Source: Alphaproteobacteria bacterium (GTDB taxonomy: Bacteria; Pseudomonadota; Alphaproteobacteria; GCA-2731375). Taken from it: a DNA stretch of 64,000 nt. Of this stretch, positions 40,631 through 49,349 are shown piece after piece. The DNA is taken from NCBI GenBank assembly GCA_965232515.1, contig CBDDPY010000002.1, positions 7,136,001-7,200,000 on the forward strand, written 5' to 3'. A program made the translations under genes and the position numbers. The stretch's first letter is position 1, and each line of letters opens with the position of its first letter. The notes under the pieces are model-generated. The model was given only the letters and a program-made list of their open reading frames with translations, did not search any database and was not told the DNA's origin.

Positions 40631-41653
40631 TCATGCCGCACGAACGAGCGGCAAATTGAGCAACAGGTTTTGCGGTTTCAGTCGGACCGTGTCGTGGGCC
40701 GACATGGCAAGTCCCAGATAGACCGGTCGTCCGGCAATCGAGGGCAACATTACGCTGATGTCGCGGAATTCGAGCCGGAACAGCGCCAACAGGCGCGCCA
40801 GTTCGTCCTCGTCCACATCCCGGCCCTGATAAAGGCTGTTGAGGATCGCGCTCGCTTCGGCGTCAAGTCCGACATGCCAGACCCAATGCTCGTCCCGAAT
40901 CGAGGCCAGCGGCTGAACGCGCACCTCGAGATCGAGGAAATGCCCGATCCAAGCCTCCAGCACCCGGCACAGCGCATCGAGGCCCCGACGTGCGAAGGAC
41001 AGGTCGAGCAGGGTGTCGAACTTGTCGCTGCGCTGCCAGTAGATCGCGCTGTTCTCGTCGCTGAGGACGTCCAGTTCGACGCTGCGGGTTGGCGTCTGTG
41101 TCTGCACCAGAAGTTTGCCGAGCCCGCCCAGGCCGCCGGTTGTCGCGTAGAACTCGACCGTTTCCTCGTCGGCGAGCAGGATGGCGCCGTCCTGGAGGCT
41201 GACTTTTTGCGTCCGGAACAACAGCTCGGCCGCCCGCAGCCGCAGCGGGTCCGCGCAATCGTCCAGCACGTGGCGCAGCACGACATGCGTCAGCTGGTCG
41301 ACAAACAGCGGCGGCACATCGACCGGTCCGTCGGCAAACAGGCTGAGATAGCAGTCCTCGACACAGCCGTGCTCGGCCAACCGATCGCGAAACCGCAGCA
41401 CATGGCGATAGTTCTCGCGCGCGTCGGGATCGGCGATATCCGTCAGCATCTGTTCGGGCACGGGCCACAACGGATCGTCCAACAGCGTTTCGTGCAGCCG
41501 CCGTTCGTTGTCGCAGGACTCCGCGACCGGCTGCAGCTCCGGCCGGACGAAAAAGGCGCGCAGAAACTCCGGCGTCACGCGCAAGCGGCCGGCATCGTCC
41601 GACGTCAACAGATGAAAGCCCGACGAACGCCAGAAATCCGGCCTATCCGTCAT
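40631..41653 (-). CDS. DUF6352-family protein
   Basis: DFWRSSGFHLL...PEL.PV.ESC...WVWHVGLD...LKPQNLLLNLP. Confidence 0.72.
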   Translation of the reverse strand: MTDRPDFWRSSGFHLLTSDDAGRLRVTPEFLRAFFVRPELQPVAESCDNERRLHETLLDDPLWPVPEQMLTDIADPDARENYRHVLRFRDRLAEHGCVEDCYLSLFADGPVDVPPLFVDQLTHVVLRHVLDDCADPLRLRAAELLFRTQKVSLQDGAILLADEETVEFYATTGGLGGLGKLLVQTQTPTRSVELDVLSDENSAIYWQRSDKFDTLLDLSFARRGLDALCRVLEAWIGHFLDLEVRVQPLASIRDEHWVWHVGLDAEASAILNSLYQGRDVDEDELARLLALFRLEFRDISVMLPSIAGRPVYLGLAMSAHDTVRLKPQNLLLNLPLVRAA

Positions 41654-42122
41654 CGTCGACGATCTCCCAGATCTTCGCGTGCACCGGCTCCGGTCGTTGT
41701 TCGATGGCCCGAAACTGCTCGACGATTCCCTGCCCTTCGAAGCGGCGGTTGACGCATAGCACCGTATTGACGGCGTGTTCGCAGAGACTGCTGGCGAATT
41801 CCGCCTCCGCGCGGGCGGCGGTCTCCGCAGCGGCCAGGTCGGGTGCGCCGTAGTGCGACATCAAGTGTTGCGTCAGTGCGACGACGACCTGGTCATAAAC
41901 CCAGTCGCCGATTTCGGCCACCGCGACGAATGTGGACCAGCCGAAGCTCGCGGTGCCGAGAAAGCCGTTGGCGAATGCCTGACGCGCTTTGCCGGCGAGC
42001 CCGGCCGGATCGGCATCCGCGAAGACGAAAGCGCCCGACACTGCCCACTCGTCGGGTGCCGCTGCGTGTTCGAACGCATGGGAGTCCGAGGCATCGAAAC
42101 GTATCGTCCGCGGAAACCGCAT
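41643..42122 (-). CDS. DUF6505-family protein
   Basis: RTIRFDASD..F..AA..EWAVSGAF...RQAFANGFLG..SFGWST. Confidence 0.72.
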   Translation of the reverse strand: MRFPRTIRFDASDSHAFEHAAAPDEWAVSGAFVFADADPAGLAGKARQAFANGFLGTASFGWSTFVAVAEIGDWVYDQVVVALTQHLMSHYGAPDLAAAETAARAEAEFASSLCEHAVNTVLCVNRRFEGQGIVEQFRAIEQRPEPVHAKIWEIVDDDG

Positions 42123-42163
42123 TTTCTTCTCCGGCGCCGGCGGTTCGGTCGGCAGAGGTGAGA

Positions 42164-42946
42164 TTAGCAGATTACGTCCCGCCGCCGCGCCCGATCCGCC
42201 GCCTGCAAGGCGGCGGGCAGATTCACGGTCAGGGGGCCGGCGGCTGTCTGCAGGACAAGGTTGCCGTCGTTGTCGATATCGGTCGGCTTTCCGACATATG
42301 GACCGCTGTCGGCGGCGATTTCGACATCGTCTTCGTCTTCGCCGAAGCCGCTGGCGCGGGACAGCCAGGCGCGCCGCACCGGCGCCAGTCCTTCGTCCTG
42401 CCACCGGTTGATCCAATGCAGGAAGTGTCGGCTGAAGCTTTCCAAGAACGCCGGAACGCCAACGTCGCCGCAGCCTTCGTCATGCAATGTCGTGCGCATC
42501 GGATTTCGTCCCGGTGATCCATCGCTCGGGTCGTTGCCAACCTGCATGCTGACGCCGACCGCCAGCCAGTCCGGCACCGCTTTGAGATCGTTGGATTGAT
42601 CTGTCGCCAGCCGGATCGCGCCGGCGGCCGCGCCGTTGACGTCGATCCGGTCGGGCCAACCGAATGTGACCGCCACGCCGGGTGGGACCAGCGCGCCGAG
42701 AGCGTCGCCCACGCCCAGCGCCGCCAGGTAGAGGCTGAGATAGGCTGTTTCCAGAGGCTGCTCCGGCGCCAGGATCACGGCGCACTCGGCGGTCATTGGA
42801 TCCGGTGACCAGACAAAGGCGCCGGCATGTTCACCCGTCAGCGCCAGCCTGCGGGCCTCGTCCAAGGCGGATATGTCGCCGGCAGCGCGCACGAGCCGGT
42901 AGAGCGGCGGCAGGCTCAATGTTGCAGAACGAAAATCCGCGGTCAT
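42164..42946 (-). CDS. Biotin/lipoate-protein-ligase-like protein (FDH-cluster type)
   Basis: LPPLY, AVILAPE, FGWPDRIDVNGA, PDWLAVG and TTLHDEG; canonical KWPND is altered. Confidence 0.72.
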   Translation of the reverse strand: MTADFRSATLSLPPLYRLVRAAGDISALDEARRLALTGEHAGAFVWSPDPMTAECAVILAPEQPLETAYLSLYLAALGVGDALGALVPPGVAVTFGWPDRIDVNGAAAGAIRLATDQSNDLKAVPDWLAVGVSMQVGNDPSDGSPGRNPMRTTLHDEGCGDVGVPAFLESFSRHFLHWINRWQDEGLAPVRRAWLSRASGFGEDEDDVEIAADSGPYVGKPTDIDNDGNLVLQTAAGPLTVNLPAALQAADRARRRDVIC

Positions 42947-43262
42947 CGTCCGTGCGTGTTCCCGACGGCAAGAAGCGAGATCGGTACACTGCCCATGGCG
43001 CGAAGATGGACGCCACCGCGATAGCCATACCATGTGATGCCGCGGCGGCCAAAATGGGTATGTCGAAATGTCATGGCTCGACCGGCAAGCCGACGCCGCA
43101 ATGCCGAAGACGTTGTTGCGGGCTGGCCGGCATCGCGACGCCGCGACCCCTGTCGCCGCGCCAGAATGCGGGTCTGTCGAGAGATGTGTGCCGGCGGGGC
43201 CATCTTCGAGCGCATGGGCCGGAAAAATGAAGTAAATTGCCGCAAAAATGAGGTGGTGGAAG

Positions 43263-43976
43263 ATGACCCGGCCCGACATCCGCGGCGATGCCGCACGCGC
43301 CTTTGCCGTTCTGCGGGACGGTGGCGTCGCCATTCTGCCGATGAGCGTCGGTTATTCCGCCATCGGCGGCTCGGCGGCGGCGTTGAAGCGGATCTTCGAT
43401 ACCAAGCAGCGGGCCGACTCCAAGCTCAATGCCATGCTGGGCGATATGGAGTTGCATCGCGAGCTGCATGTGCTGGAGCCGAAGGGCTGGGATGTCGCCC
43501 GCGCCATTGTCGAAGACTACGACCTGCCGCTCGGCGCCATCGCGCCAGCGCGCATGGATCATCCTATTCTGCGCAACATGGAATCCGAGGCGTTGCATCG
43601 CTCGAGCCACGGCGGCACGGTGCTGATGCTGCTGAACGCCGGGCCGTTTCACGGCGAGATCTGCCGGCTGAGCCGCGAGGCGCAGCATCCGTTGTTCGGA
43701 TCGTCGGCCAATCTGTCACTGTCGGGCACCAAGTTCCGGGTTGAGGACATCGAGCCGGAAATCCTGGCCATCGCCGATATCGTGATCGACCACGGACTGC
43801 GCACCTATCATCTCTACCAGGGCTCGTCGACGCTGCTGAACCTGGAGACCTTCGAGGTCGTGCGCTATGGCGCCTGCTTCGAGCTGATCGCCGATGTGCT
43901 GGCGCGCCGTTTCGATGTGCAGCTGCCGCCGCCGCCGGAAGGGCATCTGCTGAATCTGATTGGCCACCGGCTCTGA
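43263..43976 (+). CDS. YrdC/TsaC/Sua5-family protein, atypical (copy 1)
   Basis: GGVAILP, K-x-R (TKQR), GSSANLSG and SSTLL. Confidence 0.75.
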   Translation: MTRPDIRGDAARAFAVLRDGGVAILPMSVGYSAIGGSAAALKRIFDTKQRADSKLNAMLGDMELHRELHVLEPKGWDVARAIVEDYDLPLGAIAPARMDHPILRNMESEALHRSSHGGTVLMLLNAGPFHGEICRLSREAQHPLFGSSANLSLSGTKFRVEDIEPEILAIADIVIDHGLRTYHLYQGSSTLLNLETFEVVRYGACFELIADVLARRFDVQLPPPPEGHLLNLIGHRL

Positions 43977-44025
43977 CCGGCGGCTGCCCATCATCACCCA
44001 ACACACCGGATTGGAGGGGGGACCC

Positions 44026-44727
44026 ATGTTCGAAGGGCGCGATATCGAGGGCGACGCGAAGGCTATCCTCGACACGTTGGCGGGAGGCGGCGTCGCCGTC
44101 TTTCCGGTCACCGTCGGTTATGCCGTCGTCGGCCACAGCGCCGATGCGGTGGCGCGGATCTACGCGGCGAAGGAGCGCAGCTTCGCCAAGCCCTGCGGCT
44201 GGTTCAGCGATTGGACGCTGTTCAACGACATCATCGAGGTCGACCAGCGGGCCCGCGACGTGGTGGCGTCGATCACGCAAAAGCATAACCTGCCGTTTTC
44301 CATCGTGGCGCCGTTCCGCGCCGACCATGCCTTCGTCAACGCCGTGCCCGAGTTCGTGCTGAAGAGCGCCAGCCTGCAGGGCACCATGGACATGCTGTTG
44401 AACGCCGGCGCGCTGCACGATGCGGTGGCGAAAGGCGCGCAGGAGCGCGGCATGCCGGTCGTCGGCTCGTCCGCCAACCGCTCGCTGACCGGCAGCAAAT
44501 ACCGGCTGGAGGACGTCGAGGCGCAGGTCCGCGAAGCGGCCGATCTGTGCATCGACTACGGCCTCAGCACCTATCACAACGATCGGGGGCTGGGCAGCAC
44601 CATCGTCGACCTGGTCAGCTACAAGACCTTCCGCATCGGCTGCGTCTACGACGACATCTGCCGCATTCTGTTGGACGAGTTCGACATCGACCTGAAGGCC
44701 ATCGGCACGGACAAGATCCCGGCCTGA
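44026..44727 (+). CDS. YrdC/TsaC/Sua5-family protein, atypical (copy 2)
   Basis: GGVAVFP, AKER, GSSANRS and GSTIVD; GGAGG RBS. Confidence 0.75.
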   Translation: MFEGRDIEGDAKAILDTLAGGGVAVFPVTVGYAVVGHSADAVARIYAAKERSFAKPCGWFSDWTLFNDIIEVDQRARDVVASITQKHNLPFSIVAPFRADHAFVNAVPEFVLKSASLQGTMDMLLNAGALHDAVAKGAQERGMPVVGSSANRSLTGSKYRLEDVEAQVREAADLCIDYGLSTYHNDRGLGSTIVDLVSYKTFRIGCVYDDICRILLDEFDIDLKAIGTDKIPA

Positions 44728-44755
44728 GCAGGTTTCCGGCGCCAGCCGTCGCGCG

Positions 44756-45646
44756 TCATCCCGTCTTTGGTCTCAGGCGATGTGGGTACTCGGACGCCGT
44801 GATGTCAGGACGGAGCGCGACAGCCGGCTCGCCTGTGCGTCGGTAAATCGCCAGATGGGCCGAGACGGTATCGAAGCCGGAGCAATCCGCCGGCAGGCGT
44901 TCGTGCTTGCCAAGCACGAGAAGACCGTCTGCCGCCGTTCGCGCGGCGAGGTTGGCGGCGAACCGTCGTTGCCGGTTGGCGTCGAAGTAGGTGAAGGCCA
45001 GGTTGCGGCAGAGCACGAGGTCAAAGGGACCGGCCGGTAGCTCCTGGCAGACGTCCTGTAGCCTGAACGCGACATGCTTCCGGATTTCGGACCGAAGGCA
45101 GAAAAGCCCGTCGCTGACGTCGAAGGCGGCGCGCCACGCCGGGGGCATATCCTTCAGGCTGCCGGCGTCGTAGCAGCCGCGCGCGGCCCGAGCCAGGCTC
45201 GCCTCGTCCGCGTCGATCGCCAGGATGTCGGGTGTTAGCCCCGGAAAACAGGGCGCCAGGTCGAAGCGCCAGGCGAGCGCGAGCGAATAGGGCTCCTCGC
45301 CGCCGCAGCAACCCAGGCTCAGGCATCGGAGGCGCATCTCGCCGGTCTGCGTCAGCCGCGTGCACATCGCCGGCAGAAGTTGGTCTTTCAGATGATCGAA
45401 GACACCCCGGTCGCGATAGAACCGGCTGATGGTGACGCGGCAGAGGCCGTCCAGCACCCGCCACTCGCCGCTGTCTTGCTCGAGACGCGTCCGATAAGCG
45501 TCGAGATCGCCGACGCCGAGCGCCGCGATGCGTCGGCGCAGCCGCTTGCAGACTTGTCCGCGCACCTTGCGATAGCCCGCCCAGCGCAGGCCCAGGCGCG
45601 GCAGCGCCCATTGCAGAAAGGCCGTGCAGGCGACCATCGACGGCAT
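44756..45646 (-). CDS. Orphan CheR-family SAM methyltransferase
   Basis: ISRFYRD, LGCCGGEEPYS, FDLVLCRNL and LGKHE. The start could be 45676. Confidence 0.82.
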   Translation of the reverse strand: MPSMVACTAFLQWALPRLGLRWAGYRKVRGQVCKRLRRRIAALGVGDLDAYRTRLEQDSGEWRVLDGLCRVTISRFYRDRGVFDHLKDQLLPAMCTRLTQTGEMRLRCLSLGCCGGEEPYSLALAWRFDLAPCFPGLTPDILAIDADEASLARAARGCYDAGSLKDMPPAWRAAFDVSDGLFCLRSEIRKHVAFRLQDVCQELPAGPFDLVLCRNLAFTYFDANRQRRFAANLAARTAADGLLVLGKHERLPADCSGFDTVSAHLAIYRRTGEPAVALRPDITASEYPHRLRPKTG

Positions 45647-45663
45647 AGGCGTTTCGGGATGTC

Positions 45664-48063
45664 CTACTGTCGGCACCGCGAACGGCTTTCCGGGTTGAGA
45701 TCGAGATCGACAATCAGCGGCAAGTGATCGGAGGCGAGGCGGGCGAGGCCGGTCCTCGGGACCTGAACGTTCCGCACCGTGATTCCAGGGCCGGTCAGGA
45801 CATGATCGATCCGTGCCGTGGGGTAGGGGCCGAACCAGGTCTTGGCCGGCCGCTGTCCGGGCAGCGATTGTTGCGCATCCCTCAGCTCGGTCGTGAGCCG
45901 GCGCAGGACCGGCGAACGCGGACCGGCGTTCAGATCGCCCAGCAGAACCGTCGGGCCGCGGCAGTCCGGATGTCCGAGCCAGTCGACGCCGAGCAGTGCC
46001 CGCGCCTGGGCCAGCCGTTCGCGGCGGCGGAGGCCGAGATGCGTGTTAATCACCTGCAACTCCACGTCGCCGAGGTCGATGCCGGCCCAGATTGCGCCGC
46101 GCGGTTCGTGCCGCGGCCAATGTCCGCGTCCGGGCAACGGTCCAGACTTGATCTGCCGCATCGGCAGTCGGCTGAGGATAGCGTTGCCGTACCGCTCCTC
46201 CTCGAGGTGGATGGTCGGGTGAAAGTGATAGGCCATTTCGAGATGCCGGGCGATCAGGCGCGCCTGGTCAACGCCGCCGGTGCGCGGCCGGCCGACGTCC
46301 AGCTCCTGCAACGCCACGATATCTGGTTCGTACCGGGCGATAACGCGCGCAATCCGATCCGTCGACGACCTGCCGTCCATCCCGATGCAGCTATGGACGT
46401 TATAGGTCATGATCCGCAGGCCGTCTCGTACCGGCCGGCGCATGAGCGACTTGACCGGCGTACGGCCGAGGCGTTCCAGCGCCGCCGCCCGCAAGTCCCC
46501 AGGGCGCAGATATGGCTTGCGGTGGTTTGCCGAGATCACGTCGGCGGGTAGCAGCGCGAAAGCGCGCGTCTCGTCAACGCCCGGTCCGCCATGCGCCCCG
46601 TTCTCGAGTGGAAAGGTCAGGCTTCGGCCATTGGGTCGCCAGCCAGAGATCACAAAATCGCCGGCATCCGCGTGGTGGCACAGCTTCACCATGTCGATGG
46701 CGACGTCCTCGAGGAACGGGTGGTCGTCCCCGAAGACGGCGCCGGCATCGCGCGGCAGGTGAAACCGTCCGGCCGGTGTCCAGGCCAGCGCGGCGCCGTC
46801 GGTATTCGCGGCGAGCACCAGCGGAATGTCGGCCGTCGAGACCATGGCGGCCGCCAGACGGTCGCGTTCTTTCGCTTCAAGCTGATGCGGCAGGTAGACC
46901 AGACCGAGCGGGCCGAGCGCGGTTACCGTGAGCTCGGTTGGCGGGGCTTGCGCTTGATCCGCACCATAGACCGGCAAGACACGCTGAATGCGCCGGCCAC
47001 CGAGGTGGCGCACGCGTTGGGTTTCGATGCCAAGCATGTCCGTCGGTGGTGAGCTCGCTGGCAGATCGGCGATCAGGTCGGCGATCGCGGCGCCGACGCT
47101 GCGCCCGTGCCGTCTGGCATAGGACTCAGTGTCCGCCTGACCGTGATCGGCATAGATCCACAGCTCATAGTCACGCTCGTGAGACCTGGCGGACGCCCGC
47201 CAGATGCGGGCGACCGCGTCGTCGATGCCCTTCAGCGACCAATGCGCGAAGAACGATCCGGGGCCGCGACGATGGGCCTGTTCGTCATAGCCAAGGAAGT
47301 TGAGATGGATGACCGGCAGGCCGCGGGCGATGTCCAGCTTGGCGCCGATCGTGACCAGCTCGCGCAGCAGGATGCAGATCGCGACCCGGGTCGGCACGAA
47401 CGTCAGTTCCTTGAGAATGTCGCGCCCCTCGATCAGACCGCGGAAGAAGTCGACGATGGCCAGAATCAGTTCAAGCGCCAAAAGGATACTCGTGCGCAGC
47501 AGGCTGTAAGCGTTGGTGATCAGCAGAAACGCGAGTGCCGCGGGGTTTGCGCCGCGAAGAATGGCGCCCCATCCAAGCGCCGCCGGACAGAAGTGCGGTT
47601 CGTCGGCGCCGCCGGTATAGACATTGAGATAGGCACTGCCCGCCTGAAGGAGCGGCGTGCCGCGTTTCTGGAGTTCGTGCTCGATGCGCGCCGCCGGTTG
47701 TGGTTCGAACATGCGGACGACCTCGCCGGACGCGCCGTCGCGGAAACTGAACGCGGGCACGGCAGTCTCGACCCCGTAGAACAGCTCGGCCTGAACGGCG
47801 GGCGTGGTCGACGGCAGGCCGGAATAGAGCGTGTGCAGCCGGTAATCTTCACGCCCGAGCAGGCGCTTGAGGAACGGCATCTTGCCGGCCGCGAGCGCGC
47901 GTTCGAGCTGCGCGCGCGAGAGGCCGTCGACCTGCACCATGATCAATCCCTGCGCCGTCGGAGCGTCGCTGGTCCGCGGCAACCGGAACAGGCGGACCAG
48001 CCACTCGCTGCGGTTCAGCAGCCGGCGCACGGCGTGCACGATCGCCGCGGCGCGGACGATCAT
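45664..48063 (-). CDS. Fusion of an alkaline-phosphatase-like domain and an endonuclease/exonuclease/phosphatase (EEP) domain
   Basis: N-terminal QVDGL, PSTTP, YDEQAH, ADHGQ and GAHGG; C-terminal MTYNVH, LQELD, NTHL, GDLN, IDHV and SDHLP; internal hydrophobic segment. Confidence 0.8.
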   Translation of the reverse strand: MIVRAAAIVHAVRRLLNRSEWLVRLFRLPRTSDAPTAQGLIMVQVDGLSRAQLERALAAGKMPFLKRLLGREDYRLHTLYSGLPSTTPAVQAELFYGVETAVPAFSFRDGASGEVVRMFEPQPAARIEHELQKRGTPLLQAGSAYLNVYTGGADEPHFCPAALGWGAILRGANPAALAFLLITNAYSLLRTSILLALELILAIVDFFRGLIEGRDILKELTFVPTRVAICILLRELVTIGAKLDIARGLPVIHLNFLGYDEQAHRRGPGSFFAHWSLKGIDDAVARIWRASARSHERDYELWIYADHGQADTESYARRHGRSVGAAIADLIADLPASSPPTDMLGIETQRVRHLGGRRIQRVLPVYGADQAQAPPTELTVTALGPLGLVYLPHQLEAKERDRLAAAMVSTADIPLVLAANTDGAALAWTPAGRFHLPRDAGAVFGDDHPFLEDVAIDMVKLCHHADAGDFVISGWRPNGRSLTFPLENGAHGGPGVDETRAFALLPADVISANHRKPYLRPGDLRAAALERLGRTPVKSLMRRPVRDGLRIMTYNVHSCIGMDGRSSTDRIARVIARYEPDIVALQELDVGRPRTGGVDQARLIARHLEMAYHFHPTIHLEEERYGNAILSRLPMRQIKSGPLPGRGHWPRHEPRGAIWAGIDLGDVELQVINTHLGLRRRERLAQARALLGVDWLGHPDCRGPTVLLGDLNAGPRSPVLRRLTTELRDAQQSLPGQRPAKTWFGPYPTARIDHVLTGPGITVRNVQVPRTGLARLASDHLPLIVDLDLNPESRSRCRQ

Positions 48064-49349
48064 TCTGCGCCGTCGTCGCCCTGCGCGCTCTGCACCAGGG
48101 CGGTGCCGGCCGCGTCCGCCAGCCCGGCCAGGACGTTCCATTCGGCCTCGATCAGACGCAGCGCCGCCTTCCAGGTGTCATAGGGTTCGTCATCTCGGGC
48201 CGGCTGCGTGCCGAGCAGACGCCGATAGATCGACAGGATTTTCTCCGCCGAGCGACCGATCGAAAAATTGTCCGCGGTCGTCCGGGCTGCTGCCGTCAGA
48301 CGACATCGCCGTGCCGGTGCGGCGCGTTCGATCTCGGCGATCGCCGAAGCGAAATCCGCGGCATCGGCGTCGGGCAGCAGGCGTCCATTGACGCCGTCGT
48401 CCACCACCTCGCGCGCACCCGGCGCCTCAAGCGCCACCACCGGCACGCCGGCCGCCATGGCCTCGGTCAGCACCATGCCCTGCGTTTCGGAAGTGGAGGC
48501 AAAGGCAAAGACGTCGATGGCGTTGTAGGCGTCCGCCAGGGCCGGATAGCCGAGCGACCCAAGGCAATGGAGACGCGCGCCGTGTCCAGCGCCGTCGAGG
48601 GCGCGGCGGATATCGGGTTCGGCGTCACCGCTGCCGACGACGAGGAAGTGCGCGTTTGGGCATTGGTCGAGAAAGCGGGCGACGGCTTCTGCCAGAAAGA
48701 GCAGGTTCTTCTCGGCCGCCAAACGCCCCACATGCCCGACAACGAAGGCGTCTTGGGGGATGCGATTTGTCTTGCGGCAGGTCTTACCATCGCCGTTGCT
48801 GAGGCGTTCGGTCGAGACGCCGGTCGACACCACGTCGATCGGCGCCGTCACGCCACGCTCGCGCAGAACGGCCTCGGTGCTCTCGCTGGGCGCGATGACC
48901 TGCGCGCACAGGTTAGCGTAGTTCGTTGCCAGATCGATAACGAACCGCTTCAGGATCGGGGAGTCGCCCGGCACATAGTGCGTGTAGTGCTCGTACATCG
49001 TGTGGTGGGTGAAGACCAGCGGCCGCGCGTGGGTGGCGGCGACGCGGATCGCCATCGTCCCGAGCAGGAATGGATGATGCGAATGCACGATATCGGGATC
49101 GAATTCGTCGAGCGCCGTGTGCAGCAGGGCGGAGATCGGCAGCACGACGGAGAAGTCGCTGCCATTGAAATTCTGAATGGCCGGGATGCGGACCACGTCG
49201 ATCTCGTCCGCCGGCATGTCCTCGAATTCCGGCGCGACCACCAGAACGCGATGGCCGCGCGCGCGGTACTCGGCGGTAAATGCCTCGACGGATCGCGCGA
49301 CGCCGCCGCGATGCGGCGTGAACGTATTCGTCATCATCAGGATATTCAT
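48060..49349 (-). CDS. GT4 glycosyltransferase (monoglycosyl-DAG synthase-like)
   Basis: MMTNTF.P..GGV, HSHHPF, HVGRLAAEKN and ETQGMVLTEAMAAG. Confidence 0.9.
   Translation of the reverse strand: MNILMMTNTFTPHRGGVARSVEAFTAEYRARGHRVLVVAPEFEDMPADEIDVVRIPAIQNFNGSDFSVVLPISALLHTALDEFDPDIVHSHHPFLLGTMAIRVAATHARPLVFTHHTMYEHYTHYVPGDSPILKRFVIDLATNYANLCAQVIAPSESTEAVLRERGVTAPIDVVSTGVSTERLSNGDGKTCRKTNRIPQDAFVVGHVGRLAAEKNLLFLAEAVARFLDQCPNAHFLVVGSGDAEPDIRRALDGAGHGARLHCLGSLGYPALADAYNAIDVFAFASTSETQGMVLTEAMAAGVPVVALEAPGAREVVDDGVNGRLLPDADAADFASAIAEIERAAPARRCRLTAAARTTADNFSIGRSAEKILSIYRRLLGTQPARDDEPYDTWKAALRLIEAEWNVLAGLADAAGTALVQSAQGDDGAE

Noticed and set aside
42164-42946. BPL/LplA-like protein as the lipoylating enzyme for the E2 at 5.9 kb
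   Set aside because: It lies 36 kb away inside the FDH-accessory block and lacks canonical ligase motifs.
42950-43260. Moco/Wco riboswitch or other ncRNA in the intergenic region
   Set aside because: Only short, weak inverted repeats are visible. It cannot be supported without an Infernal/Rfam search.
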